From the NCBI GenBank assembly GCA_036172245.1, contig JAYWIR010000008.1:2108001-2172000 (forward strand): a stretch of 64,000 bases of DNA, given 5' to 3'. The notes below the pieces were generated by a model, which saw only the letters and a list, made by a program, of their open reading frames with translations, was not told the DNA's origin and did no database searches. Source of the DNA: Raillietiella orientalis (lineage: Eukaryota). Position 1 is the stretch's first letter, and every line of letters begins with the position of its first letter. This document shows positions 45,701 to 57,004 of the stretch, in pieces. The position numbers and the translations under genes were made by a program.

Positions 45701-48700
45701 GCTTCCGTGGTTTCCCCCCCCCCCCCGATCCATCCCCTCGCGCCTTCCTCAAATCGCGGTTTCTCCGAAGAAACCAGATGCTCCGGTCGTACAGCCGCGC
45801 TTCGCGTGCTCCCGGAAGCATCTGCTCTCTCGTTTCCGCCTGCTTTCGAACCCAACGTGAAGCGGTTCAGCCGTGACTTAGCCCCTCGGCGAATTTCTAT
45901 CTTTCCGTTCTCGGCGTTGCATCCCCTACACACACACGCACGCACACACACAAAAGGTTGGGGAGGGGGGAAATTCCCGGTTCGGATTGCACATCACGGT
46001 TTGCTGTCCCTGCGTCCGACCGCGCCGTCTGCAGCCATTGCTTACGTCATCCAGCAAGCCTTCCCTGCGCCGGCAGAGTCGAGCAGCGTATTGATTTCCT
46101 GCAACACAACTCACGGTGTTGTCAGCCAAGAATGGGGTAACGCGAAAGTGCACTCCAACCACACGAATGCGTGAGTACAGATGTTGGTGCGCGTGATGTG
46201 TTCGCGTCTACATACACAAGCAAACGCACGCACAAATACGTATTCGTTCGCATGTATACAAGCGTAAGCGTGCACGTTCAGCATGCAAGTTGCTTGTACA
46301 TAGGATGCAATGATCGTCTATCTCGAAGAAAGTACCGCGGAAATCTTGAGCTGGCGGATGCCTTTCTTTTGTTTCGTTAGAGAGAACCTTTGCTTCCCAC
46401 CGACAGGAGCGGGAACAGCAAACTGGGGTCCAACACCGCCGTGTTCCTTTTTTCCTCAACTTCGATCGGAGAAGTCTCTCGGATCTTTCCTCGTAACATT
46501 CCATGAGATTAACGAGTTACTTCCAAAGAACACAAGAACTGAAATACCAAGTGACCCCTATAGATCCTTAACTCATGAAGTTGGCGATTTCGAATGCACG
46601 CATACATCTTTTTTCTCAAAAAAAACACACACGGAAACGAAAAGGAATCGGGCACTCCCAGATCGGGCACGAGCTCCAAGACGAATTTTGGAAGTTCCAA
46701 ATTGTAAAGCTGACTGGTGAATTCACTCTTGAAGAACGAGAGGGGTTTCCGTTGCTAAGAAGCGTGCAGCTCTGAAAAGCGAGCAGAAAGATCTGGACCT
46801 CGCCAACAAGAGGGCATGCCATTGTTGCGACATTCCGTTACAATGTAATACATCCCTTGCCGCACAGATGAAAGCTGGCTGCACCCCTCCCTCTCCAGAG
46901 CTAGATGCAACCCCAGCCATCACGAAGTTTCCCAACCTTATTGACGCAAAAAGCAAATCCTACACGTGGAAGAATCGGCGGAAGTCGCGGCAAAACTGAC
47001 TTTTGCCCCGTGGATCAGGGATTGCCACAAACTGGTCACACGCTGATTGCCAGTGGAAAATCATGTCGAACGCTGCCTATTCACAGCTTCACCGTGATGG
47101 CATCATGCAGAAAGGGTGGTTGAACTCGGCTGCTAAATCATTCGTCCAAGGATTTCTTGCATATATTTCTGTATCGATATTCACGAAAAAGTTACATTGC
47201 ATACGTTCGTCAGCTGTGTGTGAAAAAAGCTCTTTCCAAGTCCTCACCGTGGCAAGTATGATGTGGAATTCAGTACCATGATTATGTATATATCAGAGTA
47301 TCAGTGTATCAAAAGGATAAGACAGAGTAAATGAACTCCAATGAGGCATGATTGACACGTAGGTTGAACCCTAAGTGGGTTGTTTATTGCTGCGCAGAAC
47401 CTACTCCCATTTTGCAACGCAAAAAAGCCCTTAACGCGTGTCGAAGCTCACAGTTCTTCTGATCCTATAAGGTTGTGGAACTGAACACCTTATTACTTAA
47501 GCACAGACGAGACACCATAGGCCAAGTTTCACATCACTTTGCTCATCATAGGAGCACAAAAAAGGCACTTTTATTTTTTGTTCTTGCTTCCTTTTTTCGT
47601 TTAACAAATAATTCGAAGTCTCTGGAAAGAAAAAAGAGGAAATTACATGCGGAAGACGAGCTCTGAGGGCATCAACTCCAAGTAATGATCTCGTGCTGAG
47701 ACTGCTTTGCACTGCATCTGCTCTGCACGTGTTCTTCTAAAGCATTTTATATTATAAGGGAATTTTCACAGTCGTTTGAGCTGACGAAGCTCTCCTACAA
47801 GGCGCATGTATCTTGGAATTTTTTCTCTTTTTATTTAAAACTCTGATTTCCCTCGAAAGAATTCAATGAATAAAGACACTGATGATAGTTTATCATTTTC
47901 AATGTCATTACTGTTAATATTCTAATTACATGTGTCATTATTTTAAAAAAAAAAACATCCGCTATCTCGTGCTAAATAATTTTTTTTATAATTTTGCACT
48001 TGTTGTTGCATAGCTAATTGCACAGTCATTATCTTTTCGAAAGCTTTTAAACTCCTATATGCAGTTATAGTTCAACCCAATCGATTCGACCACGCGAGAT
48101 GTTGTGACTCTATCGTGGAAAGTTAGCACGAAGACCAGAGTTAGGATTAGCAATCACTACTCAATAAACATTTAAAACGGTGTAGTAAGGCATCCTATCC
48201 CAATACCTGCTGTTTGAATGCTGCTTATCCTTATCGCCAACAGTCGGTCACCAAAGGACTTAGGTTCAGTTAGTTTCAAGGTGATTTGCATAAGATTCCT
48301 TCAAACAGAGATGAACATATCAACTTTTAGTGAAGTAGACTAAAATTTCTGTCGAAAAAAACAGCCTTTGGGAAACATATAATCCGATATTTGTAGGATT
48401 GTGTTGGTATTGCGGCTGTAGAACCATACATGCCCTACCCGCACGTTTTGGTTAGCATGCAGATCAACTGGGTTACGTCACTTCTAAAGCATACCATTCA
48501 ATGTTGAAATGATCGCTTGAGTGTGAAAGCAGATTCCAACAACGCTTCAAAAGATGACAATTGTAGAGATGAGAAGAGGAAAACAAACACATTGAATGAG
48601 ACTTAGGTAAGCTGGAGAAATGGTAAATTTCATAGGAACCAAAAGAGCAGATTCTATGAACACAAATCTGTTGATACCATTTCTATTCCATCTTCTTAAG

Positions 48701-50019
48701 TTACAGGAAATTTCATTTAAGAACAGGATGCAAGGAATTGTTTTCTCGACTATTTTCCTTTGGTAGACGCGTGAATGAAAGATTTTCCCCGTCAATTTCG
48801 GAATGATCATTCCGTTTTCACAGGAGTCTGCTGTTCGAATAACACTAGCTTTGGACTACACGTATCCCAAAGACATTCTAAATCAGAAATTCCATTCAGA
48901 TTCACATTGATTAAATGTGTGGTCTGAAGAACATCTCGATTGAAAACATGCATTGAACATTTCTGAAGGGATAACTGGGCAAAAAAGAATATGGCTTTTC
49001 TAGCGATAAGTCATTTCATCATCAAGTCCATTTTACCTGATGCATTCATTTATTTCTTCCAATCCTAAAAAAGATATAAATTTACCCCTTCGTTTGTTCA
49101 GATTACATATTTTGTACTATATTGACATCGAATTTAAACTGACTAAAAGATTTGAAAATTTAACAAAACCTTTTTTACTGTATTTAAACGTTATCAAAAT
49201 CATTTATTTCATTAAGATTCTTCTTTGATTGCAATGTTACCAACAAAATTCATTTTTGATATTTGGATGAATATTCCATTGATGTAAGGAATTGTAATCG
49301 GCTATCAGTAAAATTGCATTTCAGGCGGATGATTTTACACTTTCAAAAAAGAAATATTCCTTTTGAAAACATTACGGTGCAAAAAACTACAAGAGATATT
49401 AACAATTATTCCAATATGCCTAATGACTAGTAAAGTCATTCATATTTAAAAAAATAAATTAAAAATGCTAAAAAACTAAGTTTTGTCTTCATAAGTACTG
49501 ATCACAAGCATCGATTTAATGAAAAAAGAGTTTCTTTATCAAAAAGTGTGTATTTCTTTGTTTCTGCATCCATTCTAATCTCTGATGACATTTTTGTTAT
49601 TGGGTAAAATGTGCCATTCGAAATTAATTTTGTACAAACGCAATTCTATTAGTCCTAACACCAAATTTCAAATCATACGAATTACTTTGCATTATCTGAC
49701 GATCGATATAATTAATAACCTCCCAAAGTGATTAGTTGGAGATAATTGCCGAAGCTAGCTTCGGGTTGATCCATGTTTTTTTGTTAGCACGTGATGGGTA
49801 ATCCTGAGGTTCGCAGTTATGGTGTCGCAAAAAGCTTAGTGTAATCCATCTTCAAAATAAATTTGGTTTCGATTTAATGTCATTTCGATATTACTGTTTT
49901 TACCTAATTTCAAAGAATTGTTAAGACGCTAGTTTGAAGTTTTGAGAGGTTTTACTCTGCATTTTTTAAAAATATTGTAAATTCATTTCAGATATTAGTG
50001 ACGCATCTAGCTACACAAC

Positions 50020-53000
50020 ATGGCGGCGATTCCTATGACACATGAAGGTAAATAAGAATTTTAATAGTTTCAAGGGACTTTGAATAAATTTGACGATATT
50101 AGTTGGTGTACGTGTGTGTTAGTGGTTGCTGATAGTTGTTTTTATCAACCTGCTGTTAGCTCCATTAGTTTTCCATGTGCATTTTGGGTAAAATGCACAT
50201 GGGTCGTTAATTTGTGTGAACATTGCGATGCTTATGCCATTTCGTAATCGCACTCAGCAACCCTATAATTTTTAAACATTCGGTGATAATTATTAATTTT
50301 TAAATCTGATTGTTGGTATGAATGCATAACGGAAACAAATTATTGATCGAATATTGATAAGTAGTGCTGATTCGGATTCATTGTGTTATGGTTTTCTAAA
50401 GTAATATTCCTTTGGTCAGATATTGAATTACAAATACGAGAGATTCAAGCAAAAAAGCAAAAAGTTGCACAGGATGCATCCTTTGATAAAGAAAGAATTG
50501 GTTTGGGAGAAACAGGCTACTATGATCAGGATATATACGATGGGGGAAAGAATAAATTTGATGAATATGTTACCTCTATTGCACCAAATGAGGAAATGGA
50601 GGTTTGTGTCAAACTGAAATCCGGGAGAAATTATTTTAATGAAAAACAGGATGAGGACGATGATGCAGTTGTCATCCAAAGTAGAAAAAGTGTCAGTGCT
50701 CCAGTAGCTCTTCTGAATGACATCCCACAAGTAATTGACAAACTACAAAAGAATAAAATAAATAATGTTTACTCTAGGCTGAAAAGGATTATGATCCTTT
50801 TGCTGAATATAAAAGACCCACTATTGCTGATAGGGAGGATGAATACAGGGCACGGCGTCGTCAAATGATAATTTCGCCTGAACGAAATGATCCTTTTGCT
50901 GATGGTAAATATCAATTCCATTAAAATCCATTTGTTTGACTGCTGTAAAAGCATAGCATTTATATCATGTCTTTACTGTGATGATGTTTGTAGATAAAGT
51001 GTGAGTAAACAATATTTTTTGATCTTTTCAGAAGTGAATGTTCAAACTTTTTATATATTATACCCGTTAAAAAAATTGTAAAATATAATATGTTAAATTT
51101 GAAGTTATAGTTAGCTAGTTTAAGCTGTAGCTTAAGAGAATATAAAATGTGAAAACAGTGATTTGTATTGTATTGACACAACAACCTTTGTAAAAATGCC
51201 TGCAACATTAGACTAAGCACATCCACAAAGCACATACTAATTTTTTCTTTCCTCCTCTAAGAGCAACTACATTTTGAAGGTGAATTCTGCATTTTTGGAG
51301 ATGTGCAAATCATTGGATTATTTCTGAGAGTAAAAATTTTATGCTTTGTTTTTGAAAAAAAGTTCCCTTCACTATATCTATACTTTTATTAGCAGTTATT
51401 AAATAAACATCCCACGAATAGCATCACATAAGATTAATAAAAAAGACCTTATTAGAAATGTAACTTTTAAAAGGCCTTCTTAGTGCATTAAGACACGATT
51501 TGCATTTGTAATTTAACCTTAAATGCATTAATAAGATTCCTGACGTTTTTATTAATGATCATATGAAAAAGTAAATTTCTTCACATTCTTGTAATGAGGT
51601 AAGAATAAAAAACGTCCTGCCAAGGTTATTTCCATGTGGATGTTGCTTAGTAAAGGATTGCAGATGTTATTAATAAATAGATTATTTCCAGATATATCCA
51701 TGAGAGACAATGGATTAAACCCCTGATGACGAACTCTTGCAGCATGTACGTATTGCATTTAAGCACAAGACATGAGTTTTAATTTTCTTTTTGCTTCTAT
51801 TTTTTTATGATTGTTTAAAGTGTTAGTTTTGAATTATGAATGAAGGAAGTTGGACTCATGTCTTGTATGGTAATTATGGAATTTTCTTTAAATTGCATTC
51901 TCTGTTCAAGAGGCACAAACTTCTGTTTGAAGTTTGTCGTTTGAACTGGAGCAATTGAGAACATTTACTACGGTTGTTGAAAATCCCGTTTTTTCTAGGT
52001 GGAAAGACTCCTGATGTGAATTCGCGTACCTACACAACAATCATGAAGGAGCAGATTCTACGAGGTGAAGAAGTTGAGGTAACATTTCAGTTGCACTGAA
52101 TAGGTTTTTTTGAATAGTCACATCATTTAGAGTAGCTTACCCTTTATAAAATTTTCTTTTAAGGTACGCAAAAAACTGGCAGAAAAAATGAAAGATGGAA
52201 CTCTGAAACCAATTCAAAATGGAGATATGAAGCAGCTCAATAAGAAGAGAGGAAGGTGGGATATTACAGCAGAGGAATCGATACCCAAAAGCAAAAAATC
52301 TTCATGGGATCTAGCTGAGGTATAATACTAGGTGAAAAATTTTGATGTAATATTTTTCGTGTAGACACCATCTCATTCACGTTGGGATGAAACTCCAGGT
52401 AGGGCAAAGGGATCTGAAACTCCTGGTGCCACTCCTGGAGCAAGTACGAGAATATGGGATCCAACTCCTGGCCATGCTACACCTGGACACATGACTCCAG
52501 GACATATGACTCCAAGCCATGAAAAATCCACACCATCTGCCAGAAGAAACCGCTGGGATGAAACACCAAAAACTGAAAGAGGTGATATTATTTAGCATAA
52601 TTTTTGTGTTTCATATTTCAAAGGTGCCCTTTTCACTTTAAAGTGCTGAATATGTATTTTTCAACTTTCTAAGTGTTGCATAATTTCTTCACTCCATTAT
52701 TTGTATGCATGGCATGCACATTTAAAATATTAGAATGAGAATTATTGTAGTATCGGCAATTCTTATGTTATCGGAAAGATATATATATATATATATATAT
52801 ACATTTTTTGCCATCATTTACAGAAACTCCTTCACACAGTGGCTGGGCAGAAACTCCAAGAACAGATCGTGGCATAAATGATATTCAAGAAACCCCCACT
52901 CCAGGAGCTTCAAAGCGTCGAAGTCGATGGGATGAAACACCAGCTCAGACTCCTCTTGGAGGTGTAACACCATCCACTCCTGTTACTCCGGTCACACCAA

Positions 53001-56000
53001 CTACTCCTGGAACACCAATGTTTACTCCCAGTGGGATTACTCCTACAGGACCCAAAGCAATGGGCATGGTCACTCCTACTCCTGGTCATATTCTTCATAT
53101 GACACCTGAGCAACTACAAGCTTATAGATGGGAGAGAGAAATCGATGAACGAAACAGACCTCTTTCCGATGAAGAATTAGATGCAATGTTTCCTCCTGGA
53201 TACAAGATACTTCAACCTCCTGCTGGGTACATCCCTATAAGGACACCAGCCCGTAAACTTACAGCAACTCCTACACCTATGGGTACACCACAGGGATTCT
53301 ATATTCAAACTGAAGACAGATCAGCAAAGTTTGTTGATACACAGCCTAAAGGAGGCAATTTGCCATTTTTAAAACCTGAAGATGCTCAATACTTTGACAA
53401 ACTACTGGTAAGCAGATTTGGTGTGTAAAATGTTATTTTTGTAGTTAGCTCTGAATTTATTATTTTGTTTTCATGCCTTTTGAAAATTGGGCTTCACTGA
53501 ACTATTGTGGTTTTTTTGTTCATAGATATTTTTGAAAGTAATGTTGATTTGTTTCAATTTAGTTAGATGTGGATGAAGATGCTCTAAGTCCTGAAGAACA
53601 AAAGGAGAGAAAAATCATGAAGTTACTTTTAAAAATCAAGAATGGAACTCCTCCAATGAGGAAATCAGCTCTTAGACAAATAACTGATAAAGCCAGAGAA
53701 TTTGGTGCCGGGCCACTTTTTAACCAGATTCTTCCTCTTTTGATGTCACCAACTTTAGAAGATCAGGAACGACATTTACTTGTCAAAGTTATTGATAGAA
53801 TTTTATATAAGCTAGATGACTTAGTCAGACCATATGTTCACAAAATTTTAGTTGTTATTGAACCCTTGTTAATTGATGAAGATTATTATGCTCGTGTGGA
53901 AGGCAGGGAAATCATTTCAAATTTAGCTAAGGCTGCTGGCTTGGCAACCATGATATCTACCATGAGGCCAGATATTGACAACATTGATGAGTATGACCTG
54001 TTTATTTATGTAGTTTTAGAATTTTGTGTAAAGGTTGAGAATTTTGTTTTTTATATTTGTTTGGACGCTGGTGTTGAGAAAGAAAAAGAAAGTAATTTTG
54101 GATATGCATTCCGATTTTTTCAACATTACTTTTATGTTATTTAAAATGAGTCAACAAGCAAAAGTCAATGTTTGTTATGTGGTATTCTACTGTTGTGTGC
54201 TGTATTTATCAGGTTAATAGAAGGATATTAAATTTTTAGATACGTGAGGAACACAACTGCAAGAGCATTTGCAGTTGTTGCATCTGCCTTAGGTATTCCT
54301 TCCTTACTGCCATTTTTAAAAGCTGTATGCAGAAGCAAGAAGTCATGGCAAGCCAGACACACTGGTATAAAGATTGTACAACAAATTGCTATTCTGATGG
54401 GATGTGCTATTTTGCCTCATCTGAGAAATTTAGTAGAGATTATAGAGCATGGTATGCCCTCATAGCATTTTACTTTTAAAGCTTATAGCAGGAATTTTTA
54501 GGTTTGATTGATGAACAGCAGAAAGTTCGAACCATTACTGCATTGGCTTTGGCAGCACTGGCTGAAGCTGCCACACCTTATGGTATTGAAAGCTTTGATT
54601 CTGTCTTGAAGCCATTATGGAAAGGCATCAGAACACATAGAGGAAAGGTTGTGCAAATTACTTATAATTAGAGACCTTTTGCTTGCAATTTGTAATTTAT
54701 AGGGTTTAGCTGCCTTCCTAAAAGCTATTGGATATCTCATCCCTCTCATGGATGCAGAATATGCAAACTATTATACAAGAGAAGTCATGCTTATTTTAAT
54801 ACGAGAATTTCAATCTCCTGATGAAGAAATGAAGAAGATTGTATTAAAAGTAGTCAAACAGTGTTGTGCCACAGATGGTGTTGAGCCGCAGTACATTAAG
54901 GATGAGATACTTCCACATTTCTTTAAACATTTCTGGAATCATCGTATGGCCTTGGACAGAAGGAATTATCGACAGGTACGTGCATTAATTTTTTGCATAA
55001 TCTTCTCCATACGGTTTGCAGTTTATCTCTTGTTAAGCAGCATTAATTTGTACTGTATTAGCTAATTTAGTTGCACTGTCTGTTGTAGCATCAATAAAAT
55101 ATCTTTTGCTTTGGCTATTTGATGTTCAGTCATCAGTTTTGAAGTAATTGACTAATTTATTAATTTATTGTCAAAGTATTTTTTTTTTTATACTTTCTGC
55201 TGCTTATTCATTGTATTCCATAATTTAGCTTGTAGATACCACTGTTGAGATAGCTAACAAAGTTGGAGCTTCGGAGATTATTAATCGCATTGTAGATGAT
55301 CTCAAAGATGAAAATGAACAATATCGCAAAATGGTTATGGAGACTATTGAAAAGATCATGGGCAATTTAGGTTCTGCTGATATTGATTCTCGCTTAGAAG
55401 AGCAGCTCATTGATGGAATTTTGTATGCTTTCCAGGAACAAACAACAGAGGTTGGTAGAAAGTTTCATTTTAGTTTTGACAGTATCCCTTCTAATTTTCA
55501 CAGGATGTAGTTATGTTGAATGGCTTTGGAACTATAGTCAATGCTCTTGGTGAAAGAGTAAAGCCCTATTTGCCACAAATTTGTGGTACAATTCTTTGGC
55601 GATTGAATAATAAATCGGCTAAAGTTCGTCAGCAAGCTGCTGATCTTATATCACGTATTGCTGTGGTGATGAAGACTTGTCAAGAAGAAAAACTTATGGG
55701 ACATTTAGGAGTGGTACTTTATGAGTATCTTGGAGAAGAATACCCAGAGGTCCTTGGTAGCATTCTTGGTGCTTTAAAAGCTATTGTGAATGTCATTGGA
55801 ATGAATAAAATGACTCCACCTATCAAAGACCTTCTTCCTCGTCTTACTCCAATTTTGAAAAACAGACACGAAAAAGTCCAGGAAAATTGCATCGATTTGG
55901 TTGGACGTATTGCTGACCGTGCTCCCGAATATGTTTCTGCGAGAGAGTGGATGCGTATTTGTTTTGAACTTCTGGAATTATTGAAGGCACATAAAAAAGC

Positions 56001-56745
56001 TATCAGACGGGCAGCAGTAAACACTTTTGGTTACATTGCCAAAGCTATTGGTCCCCATGATGTTTTGGCAACTCTTTTGAATAATCTGAAAGTGCAAGAG
56101 CGTCAAAATCGAGTATGCACTACAGTGGCTGTAGCCATAGTTGCAGAGACTTGTTCACCATTCACTGTATTGCCAGCATTGATGAATGAATATCGTGTCC
56201 CAGAATTGAATGTTCAGAATGGTGTCCTTAAATCCTTATCTTTTATGTTTGAATATATTGGTGAAATGGGCAAGGATTATATTTATGCTGTTACACCACT
56301 GTTAGAAGATGCACTTATGGACAGGTAAATTATATTAACAATAGTGAAGTTAATTATCTTGCTTTGTAGAGATCTAGTTCACAGACAAACAGCTTGTGCT
56401 GCCATAAGGCATATGGCATTGGGTGTGTATGGCTTTGGCTGTGAGGATGCATTAATCCATCTCCTTAATCATGTGTGGCCCAACATATTTGAGACATCTC
56501 CTCATTTGGTGCAAGCTTTCATGGATGCCATTGAGGGAATGAGGGTTTCCTTAGGTCCGATCAAATTGCTTCAGTATACGCTGCAAGGTTTATTCCATCC
56601 AGCAAGGAAAGTGCGAGATGTGTATTGGAAAGTCTATAACACCCTTTATATTGGTAGCCAAGATGCACTGGTAGCTGGCTATGCAAGAGTTCCCAGTGAT
56701 CCTAAAAATCAGTACATACGATTCGAACTTGATTATATTTTGTGA
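50020..56745 (+). CDS. SF3B1: Splicing factor 3B subunit 1
   Basis: Fifteen exons: 50020-50047, 50420-50601, 50650-50730, 50778-50904, 51999-52078, 52164-52319, 52365-52581, 52824-53407, 53563-53990, 54240-54451, 54502-54647, 54703-54975, 55229-55450, 55504-56324, 56370-56745. N-terminus THEDIE.QIREIQ, RWDETP ULM repeats, TP-rich region, [16 protein letters not shown] and highly conserved HEAT repeats ending RFELDYIL. Confidence 0.99.
51692..51745 (+). other. Candidate poison (PTC) cassette exon in SF3B1 intron 4
   Basis: Acceptor ATTATTTCCAG| at 51691 and donor CAT|GTACGT at 51746. Spliced to exon 4 (phase 1) it reads [17 protein letters not shown]. Confidence 0.6.
52778..52801. repeat. (AT)n microsatellite near the 3' end of SF3B1 intron 7
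   Basis: About eleven AT units just upstream of the exon 8 acceptor. Confidence 0.85.
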
Positions 56746-56896
56746 GCATGGTAATCAAAATTTAAACTCTGTGGTATTTAATCATGCCAAAAGCGAGATA
56801 GTCTTACCAAAGTGTGATGTATCCATTTGAATGTATGGATTATGCAATATTTTGTCATGTTTATACCCCATCATTACAGAGATTTGGAAACACTCC

Positions 56897-57004
56897 AATA
56901 AAAAAGTGTCACTGTGTTTATGTTTCAAAAAATTGTAAGAAATTGTAATGTTTCAGCCACTCAATAATATTTAATGGTTATTTAGCACCACAGACTACAA
57001 TAAA
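56897..57004 (+). terminator. Two candidate polyadenylation signals of SF3B1
   Basis: AATAAA at 56897-56902 and 56999-57004, each followed by GT/T-rich sequence. Confidence 0.55.

Noticed and set aside
54240..56324. SF3B1 cancer-hotspot and drug-resistance positions (R625, H662, K666, K700, G742, R1074 equivalents)
   Set aside because: All appear to have the canonical residue (YVRNTT, RHTGIK, QQKVRT, HRGKG, AIRRA), so no unusual substitution.
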